Source of the DNA: an uncultured virus (IMG/VR IMGVR_UViG_3300027416_000239)
Lineage: Duplodnaviria > Heunggongvirae > Uroviricota > Caudoviricetes
Virus record (IMG/VR): IMGVR_UViG_3300027416_000239
Strand: one strand, 5' to 3'
Length of the DNA: 64,000 bases
In this document: piece by piece, positions 46,701 through 55,000 of the stretch
Layout: the number at the start of each line of letters is the position of its first letter
Position numbering within the stretch: the stretch's first letter is position 1
Position numbers and translations under genes: made by a program
The notes under the pieces: generated by a model
Told to the model about the DNA's origin: nothing
Database searches by the model: none
Seen by the model: only the letters and a program-made list of their open reading frames with translations

Positions 46701-49399
46701 TTTAAGGCTGTAGAGCCGGATTGATAAACGTCTAGTCTGGCTGATGGTGCTGTAGAACCAATACCTACGTTACCTGTAGCTCGCAATATATTAAGAGCAG
46801 GACCTCCTAATCCGTAAGCATAAAATTGTAAATCTCCTGAGGAGATATTTACTAATTGAAAATCGGCAACATTATTGTTATAAAAAACAATACCACCGTC
46901 TTGATTTGATTTTTTATTTAAATGTAAGTAATAATTAGCGCTTGCATTATCTTTGTTTAGGTAAATATCGCCTCCTTCTACTTGAAGTTTTGATGTTGGG
47001 CTAGTAGTACCAATACCTACACTACCTCCAAAAGAACCTAGGCTTGATGCTCTAAATGTTCCTCCTATATGTAACTTATAAGACGGTGATGTTTCTCCTA
47101 CACCGATATTAGTTCCGTCATCGTACATAACGGAGTTAGTAAGGGTGTTAGTGCCGCTCCACTTAGTAACATAGTTCGCCGTTCCTGTTCCTGTTAAAGA
47201 AGGGTTAGCAGTCTCGATGATATTACCAGATGAATCTACCGAAAGGTTGTAGGCAGCTGTACCTGTGAATGTACCTGAACCGTAGCTATGGAATCTGATG
47301 CTTCCATTACCACTAATTCCCATCTTCTGACTACCGCCTAGATTATGAGTAGTAGCAGTATGAGTCCAGAATTGTATTTCTGTAGAAGGGTTACTTTCGT
47401 AAATGTTACCTCCAATAACCACAGCATTAGCTGTAGCTGAGGATAGACCGCCAATTAATGCAAATCCTTCTGGTTCGGCAGAGGAGCTATAATGAGTACT
47501 CGTAATATAGGACCATTTTCCTACGCCATCACTAACGTTACCTATTATGATGTTGCCTCCGGCTGAATTACCTGCTCCTGCTACATGCAGTTTTGATTTA
47601 GGACTAGTAGTTCCGATACCTAAATTACCGTCTGAGAGCCATCTACCGGCTTCGTAAGCAGATCCATTACTTAACCAAAATCCTATACCTTGCCCAGCGC
47701 CTGAAGCTGCTGAGTATATACCTAATCCTACATTCGTGTATGCAAATAAGCCGTAAGCGATGTTTGGTGTTGTTGAGCCTACTCCGATTTGTATAGCACC
47801 TCCAATGTCTAATTTAGCACTTGGGTTATTAGTTCCGATACCTACTCTGCCACTATTTGTGATATCTAATGCTCTTACACCTGTATTACTGTAATATGCA
47901 TATAAATTACTTCCGTCGTTACCCCATTGCCAAATTCCTCCTGTTGTTGTTTGATGGAGGGATAATCTTGCATAGTCAGTTTCAGAGACCTGTAGTTTAT
48001 AAGATGGGGCTGTAGTACCAACACCTACGTTACCGCTATCGGTTAAGGTCATGGTGTAGTCCATAGTACCGCCTGCTATAGAACCAGATGGGTTCCAGGT
48101 GTCTCCACCACCAAAATACAAATTACCGTTGGATGCCTCAATGATTGACGGGTTATCTGTACCAGAGCTATCGCGGTTACCCATAATAAGCCTTTGACCG
48201 CCGGAGCCATTAGAGATTCTTATCTGATTAGTAGCTTCAAATGGTCCAAATACCTGCATTACAGCCGGATGATGGCTGTTTGCACCAAATCTTACCTTAC
48301 TTGTATAAGCATGAGGGGTACCAGACGTTTCCTGATAGTAAACTGAAAGGTTTCCTCCTCTATCTACCTTTATGAACCTAGATCTATATGCTCCGGTAGT
48401 ATAGTTACCGTCTAAAGTAAGCACTGAGGCTGTTTGAGTGCTTAGATCTGGGAAGTTTGATGCTTCGTATCCTTTATCCTGATCACTTGCAGTGCTTTGC
48501 TTAATGTGTAATGACCCTGATGGTGCTGTAGTGTTAATGCCTACATTAGTTCCGTTCTGGTAAATTACAGAGTCTGTTAACGTATCACTATCACTCCATT
48601 TTGGTACGTAGTTAGCTGTACCTGAACCGTTGATGGTAGCTAGTGTAGTCTCAATAACGTTACCGCTAGAATCTACAGCAAGACCGTAGGCGGGTGTACC
48701 TGTGTTAGTTCCTGAGCCGTAGTCGTTAATTTTAACTATACCTGTCTGAAGCAGTGTTAGTACCGGAGTACCAAAGGTTGTGCCGCCTGCTGTTGTAGAA
48801 GCAGCAAAGGTCATACCGTTTGCTACTTGACCTTGGGCATCAATTCTCCAGTTATAATAGGTAGAAGCACCTGTTTCAACATCAAATGTAATGGCTGCAT
48901 TGCCTCCGGTACTTCTAATCCAGAGTTGATTATAATCTGAAGATCCATTGATGTCTACTTTACCGGTAGGGTTGGTGATTCCTATACCTACCTTACCGCT
49001 TCCTAAGATATTAACAGTATCTGAGCTGTTATACAGACCTAAGCTTAATCTATTGTTAGCAGATCCTGTTCCTGCTAAGTAAAATCCTAATTCTGCCTGG
49101 TTGTTATTGCTTGCTCCGTATCCTAGCGTGATAGCATACGTAGATGCATCAGCTAGACCGGAATTTAAGATGGATAATGCCCTAGAAGTATCGGTACTTG
49201 TACCTAAAACATGGCCAGTTACCGAAGTTGCTTTAATAGCACCTGCTACATGAAGTTTAGAAGTAGGATTAGTTGTTCCTACTCCGACATTACCGGATCC
49301 TGATACAAATAAAACAGAGGAATTACCGGTTCCTTTGAAATCTGCACTACCTGTAACGTTGATCGCCCCTAAGGCGGGTATAATCCTGATGTCGGCCAT
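40790..49399 (-). CDS. giant modular tail fibre (2869 aa), paralogue of the 3880-aa fibre, no S74 domain
   Basis: Shared N-terminus MADIRIIP..GAINVTGSA; many GNVGIGTT repeats; different C-terminal domain. Confidence 0.85.
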   Translation of the reverse strand: MADIRIIPALGAINVTGSADFKGTGNSSVLFVSGSGNVGVGTTNPTSKLHVAGAIKATSVTGHVLGTSTDTSRALSILNSGLADASTYAITLGYGASNNNQAELGFYLAGTGSANNRLSLGLYNSSDTVNILGSGKVGIGITNPTGKVDINGSSDYNQLWIRSTGGNAAITFDVETGASTYYNWRIDAQGQVANGMTFAASTTAGGTTFGTPVLTLLQTGIVKINDYGSGTNTGTPAYGLAVDSSGNVIETTLATINGSGTANYVPKWSDSDTLTDSVIYQNGTNVGINTTAPSGSLHIKQSTASDQDKGYEASNFPDLSTQTASVLTLDGNYTTGAYRSRFIKVDRGGNLSVYYQETSGTPHAYTSKVRFGANSHHPAVMQVFGPFEATNQIRISNGSGGQRLIMGNRDSSGTDNPSIIEASNGNLYFGGGDTWNPSGSIAGGTMDYTMTLTDSGNVGVGTTAPSYKLQVSETDYARLSLHQTTTGGIWQWGNDGSNLYAYYSNTGVRALDITNSGRVGIGTNNPSAKLDIGGAIQIGVGSTTPNIAYGLFAYTNVGLGIYSAASGAGQGIGFWLSNGSAYEAGRWLSDGNLGIGTTSPKSKLHVAGAGNSAGGNIIIGNVSDGVGKWSYITSTHYSSSAEPEGFALIGGLSSATANAVVIGGNIYESNPSTEIQFWTHTATTHNLGGSQKMGISGNGSIRFHSYGSGTFTGTAAYNLSVDSSGNIIETANPSLTGTGTANYVTKWSGTNTLTNSVMYDDGTNIGVGETSPSYKLHIGGTFRASSLGSFGGSVGIGTTSPTSKLQVEGGDIYLNKDNASANYYLHLNKKSNQDGGIVFYNNNVADFQLVNISSGDLQFYAYGLGGPALNILRATGNVGIGSTAPSARLDVYQSGSTALNIAGSQGQLFSVTDSLSGSLMSVNDISGIPILEVFSDDRVVAGTFGSNALVVNGANVGVGTSSPQEKLHVRQINIADNTATTLLLLDGQFSDSSIEEADMVSIGFRVENSSGGSQTTQAISFAYNNYLSLMKDGGNVGVGSTAPAYKLDVAGTVQIQDSLYLGKADTASGHINAYELMTFNIDTDNDDADTRYFGWFKNGAAGSGTALMRLTETGNLGIGTTSPATKLQVDGQVTILSNATAESPKIPNALIIANSDDATQALRLGYDSGSDIGVIAASDAGTGWKGIAIAPTGGSVGIGSFSPGYKLDVNGTAGFRSTIYAANIGTGEDNSVVVLDSDGTLRTDEIDSRVWGSTLVDGSGAANRVAYWSDADTLTSDADFTFDGTSVGIGTTAPADTLDINGNLYFSKGSDPKIYAGSGVGLNIDGEALYLNRYTTSNTVIALGGGNVGIGTISPGYKLDVSGSVRLGGIEANNLPIRMGHDSTAIYMGGLNTNTLNVAYDYNGTYNMHINYNGYLGADTQYRNLVINDGRRGLIAHFDGASRYVGIGTYSPAATLHVAGDALYEGNMTVDGIITAKEFHTTFVSASIIFQSGSTQFGNSIDDVHTFTGKTELASYGVGATEIYTYQVITSTSTTSNETFDLYLGRFGNGYHKVVLWASGYGTDVGNYFDITRSWGTSSAPRIISSGGFRVGAATYTIHWSQVSNSAYDLYIKWTAGMPSGYTNTINYSIQSNTGGSYVQFEYPSVTVPTLNASNQVAVVTTMDYGNAKVGIGITNPAYANLTVSAGSHQGFAVTRAGNNVPALFLGNDGGSTARIAANNANLQIGRDLSDTFTPYVTVENDSGNVGIGITTPVVKLDIVDNSAKASGVDEAVIRIKSTDQYGASIHMSGSSNWRLISTGASSTPGGGDFGFYNDAGSSYRMVIQGADGNVGIGVTNPGDKLQVVGNGGFALGLSTTGESYSLSSSARGSVYEVAGTVARIVSSPDSVNSAALINFNAYNSSNGATGAFLGALAGDTGNGPASLVFGRRTGTTAWGETMRIASNGNVGIGTSSPSNKLEVAGGVTATSFTGSLQGNITGTAGSETLATVTGRGNTTTQNIEIVHSTGQGFYSGPGSFQSFGSGVSTILLQGTATNGRAGAIWFKGVAGDDVASLYVTDDVQDDYGTTLVAYSGSIRFATETLASEKMTITPAGNVGIGSDSPAYKLDVNGGSNASVARFYNSSATTTVLYYGDTGNTQYTETQYLANGGGVGSIFKAGTGYTNYGGARAFNIYNSDGGISLLPDNATSPILFATGSNVGIGTTTPNKQLTFSQRTDDAIQIRRLTTSEGNPSIGTGISWTWTSATTDNETWAAIRVIMPGNGNSNMTFSTTPSSGASGLTERMRITDAGNVGIGNTNAITKLHVATAGRPFTSTADKSNGDMVGIVLTANTNENTMNGIWFSSGTDHSGTHWSGIAGSRSDYATNWSTHLAFFTHVNATTNITQATEKMRITGEGSVGIGTTSPGAKLQVHSPALGTTAGDQVYQSMFYGSNGNGSYLEIKDVRDINGTDWTSAGKRIQLRIDSTYMGYIQFNGYNNNYGISFGTGGTTSAPGDVSQRMVITSAGQVTINNNAAASTAATNFRVYGYDSDSYFRLGNNTSNSLDIELTRSDAATMFSVDGHSGIAYFAGSVGIGNTSPTAKLQVGAEAHGSATGIEVAAGTSGANLLAIDDTYNHNWFPYTDGNNYYSAGGHTFRDQTHSTVWMFISSSGCIGIGTVTPSFKLDVTGDLRATSNIIANGYTVTDGVIHHASNINVLNKASSGWLTWATRNTSGAEVVVDLDYIGSVSTSGNITAGGTVSTSRVSVDSTIVFDTKTMTMTDSFSDALTVTMNNHTGCYVKITAFGDWGSHSSISYLGEFFLQNGAGSYNEPGRIIRQVDNTYTDHIEAQIVDPGGTSGARDFVIQLKATAAASFTAYLQYEVRGMFNSVS

Positions 49400-49422
49400 G
49401 AACTATCTTTAAGTATAAATAG
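49341..49422 (-). repeat. 82-nt direct repeat (copy 2), includes TATTTATA at 49414-49421
   Basis: Manual alignment to 39010-39091. Confidence 0.9.
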
Positions 49423-49438
49423 AACTTACTACCTATTG

Positions 49439-50086
49439 TTATAATCCAAACCTTGTACGGTGGGCATTATAAATTTGAGTAACTTCTCTGTCTGTTAATA
49501 CCCTGTTGTAGCAAATAAGATTTGCAATCTCACAGTTTGAATACTGGCTATACTGGTTGTTTAGATTCCATCCGTTAGGACCTTGAGATCCTGCGTTGCT
49601 GTTACTAACTGTCAGGGTAGTGTTGATATATAAGCTGTACTGATCGTTAGAAATATGACCTTGACCGGTAAACATTCTCCAAGTAGCATCGGATGATGGT
49701 GAACCTACATCGTTTACCCATCCTTCTGCATAATAATCCCCGTAAGTTGTATCGTGGTGGGCAAGTAGCCAGTTGTTATTCCAGGCAGTAATAGTTCTCC
49801 CACTGTTTCCTGTGGAAAGCTTTCGTACCCAGCTTATAACTGTAAAGTTGCTTGAAGCTAAATTCATGCTGCTATTTCTTCCATACCCGTTTCCGTCTTG
49901 AGGGAAGTGCAGCACCTGTATATCGTTAAAGGCGGATGCTGCTACTGAAGTTCCTAAGGAAATATTATGTCCGTTACCTGATAGATCGTACCAAGTGCTA
50001 CCTCCGGGGTAGGATTTTGTATTAGCTGCATCTACATGCATCACTAATCCGTCTGTTGGTACGTCTGGTCCTCCGTATGCTCCCAT
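49439..50086 (-). CDS. LamG/ConA-like satellite protein (no insert)
   Basis: GLVMHVDAANTKSYPGGSTWYDLSGNG...YNRVLTDREVTQIY..RTRFGL. Confidence 0.8.
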   Translation of the reverse strand: MGAYGGPDVPTDGLVMHVDAANTKSYPGGSTWYDLSGNGHNISLGTSVAASAFNDIQVLHFPQDGNGYGRNSSMNLASSNFTVISWVRKLSTGNSGRTITAWNNNWLLAHHDTTYGDYYAEGWVNDVGSPSSDATWRMFTGQGHISNDQYSLYINTTLTVSNSNAGSQGPNGWNLNNQYSQYSNCEIANLICYNRVLTDREVTQIYNAHRTRFGL

Positions 50087-50087
50087 G

Positions 50088-50651
50088 TTACCAGATTCTT
50101 ATATTACGTATGATTGTTGTACCTGTACCTGTACATGCTCTACCTATCTGAGGTCCTGCTTTTGATCCGTTAACGTTTCTTCTTCTTTGTATGAAGAAAG
50201 TTTTTGGGTTATTGGTATTGAAGCTTCCGTGGTAAAAGTTATTGGAGTTGTTATCACAAGCGGAAGTTTTTGCATGAGATTGAAATGCTGGTATTTCCCA
50301 GCTATTAAGCGGACGGCTGATTCTATCTCCGGCACTCTCATCGTAGGTTAGGAGGTTTCCTAGTGCACTCCCGGGAGCATACGCATTTTCGTTAAATGTC
50401 CAGCAAGCAGAATTACCTTCTAATATTAATTCGTAAGTAATGTTTGTCCACGGAATAGAGTCACTCAACTCTATGTAAATACCGGACGAAGAACATCCGT
50501 AACCGGTGTATGTGGTCTTTATTTGATATCCTCCATTAGGACCTACATTACCGGTCTCAGCAGTAACAATACTATCGTAGCTACCAAGAGCTACTGACCA
50601 GACTTGGTTTGATGTTACTAATGTTGATCGTATGCCGTATCCTGTTGCCAT
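50088..50651 (-). CDS. hypothetical beta-rich virion/fibre-associated protein
   Basis: Intact ORF within the satellite cluster; N-terminus MATGYG resembles the satellite N-termini. Confidence 0.7.
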   Translation of the reverse strand: MATGYGIRSTLVTSNQVWSVALGSYDSIVTAETGNVGPNGGYQIKTTYTGYGCSSSGIYIELSDSIPWTNITYELILEGNSACWTFNENAYAPGSALGNLLTYDESAGDRISRPLNSWEIPAFQSHAKTSACDNNSNNFYHGSFNTNNPKTFFIQRRRNVNGSKAGPQIGRACTGTGTTIIRNIRIW

Positions 50652-50652
50652 C

Positions 50653-50868
50653 TTACCATTTGCCTTCCGGGCAAGTTGAAGTTACTAAGTTCATTAAAGC
50701 TTCTCTTATACATCCACAGGCTCCACATGTTCCGTCTTCCTGTACATGCTCGCAAGACTGACATACAACCTCCCAAGTATCTCTCTGCTCTTGAGTAGCT
50801 AAATCAGATTCTTCTATGATGTACTTCTTATACACAACTCCACCAATAATTTCTTCTTCTATTCTCAT
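50653..50868 (-). CDS. small Cys-rich (metal-binding) protein
   Basis: CQSC-x7-CGACGC-x11-CPEGKW; ATGA-coupled to the upstream gene. Confidence 0.75.
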   Translation of the reverse strand: MRIEEEIIGGVVYKKYIIEESDLATQEQRDTWEVVCQSCEHVQEDGTCGACGCIREALMNLVTSTCPEGKW

Positions 50869-52031
50869 ATTCCAAATCTTGATTTTACTGCTAAATAACT
50901 CTGCTCTACTTCCATAGGAGTAAATGCTTTATTTAGGTGAATTTTTAGTAACGGAATTTGACCTGACATTACAGAAGGGCTTGAAGGAGCTCCTCCTCGA
51001 TGCTGTCCAATATACTGTGGACCTCTCCCTGCTAAATCAAATGCTGTGGTGTTGGTATTACTTGCAACGAGCTGTCCATTTAAATACACTCTCATACCGG
51101 CATTTATATCAAATACTCCAATAGCATGATGGTACCCTGTACCTACTAATCCTGTTGCACTAATTGCTCCGTTATCTGTATATGGTGAGTTTCGTCTATG
51201 AAATAGGTATAATTGATTACTAGAATTAACGTAGAAGCTAAACCAGTGGTACTGTGCGTCTCCTATGATACCGTCTACTCTATTTGTAGAGTATCTATTA
51301 AATACTGCTTCAATGGTATAAGACTTATTAACAATATTAGCGGAACCTCCAAAGGTAATTAAATCATTACTGCCGTCAAACTCTGGTTCTGCATTTGCAT
51401 TAAAACTAACACCTGAAAGTTCAAGAGTACGGTTACCGGTCATATCCAGTAGTGCTGCTGTTGAAGCTCGAGTACCGTTTACAAACGGAGTAGGGTGTGA
51501 TTTACCAATCTCAATCTGTACATTAGAAACATCCACTGAGAATGTTCCTGTTCCGTTATCTGCCCAGACTGTAAATCCTACTTTCTGTCCATCCCCTACT
51601 GTGCCACTCCAGCTAATACGTTCTCTAGTATTACCGTATTTAATGTTTCTCTGACTCCCTGCTGAGTAACCTAGGTATGTCTGGGTGCCGGTGGTTTGTC
51701 CAACCATTATCCAGCTAAAATCTGCTGTAGCTTCATTTGCAGATTCAAAAGTAGCAGAAATAGTTACATTTTGTCCGGTATAGGCTGATACATCCCATAG
51801 GTAGCTTCTCCAGGCAGCACCAGGAGTTCCAGACCAGCTAGTAATAATAAACCTAAAACTTTTCTCTTCACTACTTAGTGTAGAGTAAGTTCCACCCCAT
51901 CCTCCTTGAGACGGAGTGGTAGTGACGATATTAGTTGTAGGTTCTCCTTTATACGACCTGAATGTATTAGTTGCGTCGTAAAATACCTCGAGGTTATCTA
52001 CTACTGCTTTTGGTGAATGATGATGAGCCAT
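50865..52031 (-). CDS. LamG/ConA-like satellite protein with inserted CBM-like domain
   Basis: SYKGEPTTN [insert] QIE...HPTPFVNGTRA, FDGSND, EVEQSY..KSRFGI. Confidence 0.8.
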   Translation of the reverse strand: MAHHHSPKAVVDNLEVFYDATNTFRSYKGEPTTNIVTTTPSQGGWGGTYSTLSSEEKSFRFIITSWSGTPGAAWRSYLWDVSAYTGQNVTISATFESANEATADFSWIMVGQTTGTQTYLGYSAGSQRNIKYGNTRERISWSGTVGDGQKVGFTVWADNGTGTFSVDVSNVQIEIGKSHPTPFVNGTRASTAALLDMTGNRTLELSGVSFNANAEPEFDGSNDLITFGGSANIVNKSYTIEAVFNRYSTNRVDGIIGDAQYHWFSFYVNSSNQLYLFHRRNSPYTDNGAISATGLVGTGYHHAIGVFDINAGMRVYLNGQLVASNTNTTAFDLAGRGPQYIGQHRGGAPSSPSVMSGQIPLLKIHLNKAFTPMEVEQSYLAVKSRFGI

Positions 52032-52034
52032 AAC

Positions 52035-55000
52035 TTACTTATCTCTAACGGTTTGTAAAGGTTTAGTGTCTTTACGGGTGCCTTGTATGTAGTAGTAAGC
52101 ATTGATCTTACTAGTTAGTAGGTCTCCGTTTTTAATAAATACTCTGTTATCTCTAACATCTACTACATAAAGGTTTTGATGCTTACCAATTGAAGTTAAT
52201 TGCACAGTGATGCTATCTTCATGTACTAATCCCGTCCATTCTTCCGGTAATTCGATTACGTTACCGTTAATCTTTCCTCTACAGTACACTGCGTGTTCTG
52301 GTCCTTCTAAGACTCCGTACACAAGTTTCTTACCTGGTTGAGTAGGATGATCAATCACAAATGATTTCTCATTTGCTTCTAAGATACCGTTGATGGATAG
52401 GGTAGTACCGTCCCAAGTCAATGCCTGAGATCCTGATACTGTATCTGTATCTTTCCAGAATGCTACTTCATTGGCTACACCAGTACCGTTTGATGATACA
52501 TCAATCTCAATTACGTTACCGGATGAATCTACGGCTAGTGATTTGGTAGCAGTGCCTGTCTGAGTTCCTGAACCGTAGTTATTAAGTCTTAAAGCACCTC
52601 CTGTTGATATCTGTGCTCTAGTACCTGCGTTAGTCTTAAGGTATAGTGGATGATTAGAATCAGTACCAATAGCTGCTAAAGAAGATTGTGCTTGAACATT
52701 AAATAATGCTCCGGATGCTCTTTGAACTTCAAGCTCACCGTTACCTGTAGAGTAGACGTGTAATTGAGCTGAAGGAGCTGTTGTACCTACACCTACGTAT
52801 CCCTGAGAGCCTGAGATTACCATCACTCTAGTTCGGGTGCCGGGCGATCCTGATGGCATAGTGGCGATTTGAAGTAGGTCGTCACCCATAAAAATCTCCA
52901 TACTTCTTAGAGATCCTATATCATTTCTATGTCCGCTATCGTAATAGTAGTTGGTAGACAAGTACATACCGCCTGCGAAAGCTCCTATATATGAATTTGC
53001 GGTGCTGGCACCTCCGTCAAATACTATATGGTTTGTACCGGTAGTGTTGTAAATCTGTAAACTGCCTGAGGTAGGAGTAGTGGTGCCGAGACCTACATTG
53101 CCAGTACTAGTGATGCGTACTTTTTCAGAGTTATCAACTTTAAACTGAATAACACTACTGCTATCTGTATTAGAAGCATCAGCTCCAATGGTTAAGTTAC
53201 CGTTGAAAGATTCAATTCTACCAGATCCTCCTACTGTTCCTAGTTCTGTATAAGAACCAGACAGTGCATTTGTTCTCTGTACTCTTACTGCTGCTCCGTT
53301 ATCTGTAGTATTACTTACTGTTAGTAGAGCAGCTGGTGAGGTTGTGCCTATCCCTACTCTGCCTACCCCGGTAATACGCATTCTCTCACCCATTGACGTA
53401 CCGTTATTGGTGCCAAAGGCAATTACGTTTTCGGCATCTGTTCTAGATGCTAGAAGTAAAGCTCCTATTCCTGAATCAAATGATACATTAGAGGAGTAAA
53501 TACCGGCTCCTGGTAAGGAAGTAAAGTTTGCGTAGTTGCCAACAAGCGTATGCCCTTTAGTTGTCACTATTCCTGCAACTTCTAATGTAGTAGTTGGTGA
53601 AGCAGTACCGATACCTACTTTTGCACTTGTGTGGTCGTAGAAGAAGTTACTAGCTCCTCCTGTTACTGATCCGCTCTTAAACTGTACTGATTTATCCAGT
53701 CCGGCTGGGTTGGCAGCTACACCAAATAATCCTGAACCGTCACCTACAAATGAACCAGAAGTAGTTCCTGTGGTAAATAAATCTCCGTATACGATATGAT
53801 CTGAGCCGCTTGACCAGATTTGTGAGTTCTCCAAATGGTCTCCGCCGTCTGATCTTGCTACATACCACTTAGTTAGTGTGGGTTCTTCTCCTAATGATCC
53901 TGTATTTCTAGGACCAGACATAAACATAGCTCCTGAGTATGTAGATCCACTAACGTTCTGATATACCCAGTGATCGTGTAGGGAATCCCAAGCAAAAGAT
54001 GCTGTAGCATCACTTGATCCTGAGTCGTATACTCTTAAGCCTCCAAATCTCTCTATAGGTTCAAATACGTTAACGCTAATGAAAGCAGAATCAACGTCTA
54101 ATTGCGAGGAAGTAACGTGGTAGAATGATGAAGAACCGAAAACTGTTAAATCTCCAGTAATAACAACGTCTTGATTTAGCTGTCCTACGCTCTCAGCTTT
54201 CAAAGCATAAGAGGATGTTACTGCAAAGCTAGCACTATCAGCCTGGATTGCATGAGAGGATGAAACAGCTCTATCAATAGTACCAGCAAAGCTACCTGAG
54301 AAAGAGCCTGAGAGAATCATATTATTATGACGTGGTGCGAATCCTCCGTTTGCATTCTTAACTAGAACGTCATATGTTACTGTGTTTTCTGATCCTGAGA
54401 TTACGGCTATATCTCTAAGGTGTACTGGTGATTTAGGTTCTACAAAAATCAGACCATTACCGGCATTTACCTTTGTTACCCAGCCTACTCTTACTACATC
54501 ATAAGGGAAAGGAGGTGGTGTGTTTCTAAACCCTGCCGATCCTGTCTGGAGGTATAGAGTATCTCCGGCAGTAAATGCTGTTGTATTTAATTTACGTACA
54601 ATACCTTGTGCGGTTATGTATCCTGTAGCATTATCAGCAATATCGTTTGTAGCAACACCTATAATATGATTCTCCCTTCCAAACTGTGAGACTATGTGGT
54701 TTTCAGCTACTGCTGGCCAGATATTAGGCCTGTCTCCTGTGGAGCCTGAGATACGCACCGGTGTTCCATTTAAGATAGGGTTTCCTGACTTATTAATTGC
54801 TCTAATCCAGAACTCCTGACCTACTTGCATTGTTACATCAGCAACATCGTTATAGACTGCTAATGCTCCTTCGGTAGCATCGTAAAATACTCTACCTGCT
54901 CGATGAGCTGGTTCTGATCCTGCTACTCGAGGTGTAAAGTCTATATGCGAGCCTGTAAAGTAGGAGGCAGTTAACGATGAGGCAGCAAATGAGGCAGTAG

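Noticed and set aside
27780..49000. CRISPR-like array suggested by the recurring 17-mer
   Set aside because: Copies are in-frame coding (GNVGIG), irregularly spaced hundreds of nt apart, and no cas genes are present.
27426..49399. Invertible shufflon-type fibre switching
   Set aside because: All fibre genes and repeats are in direct orientation; no recombinase gene or inverted cassettes seen.
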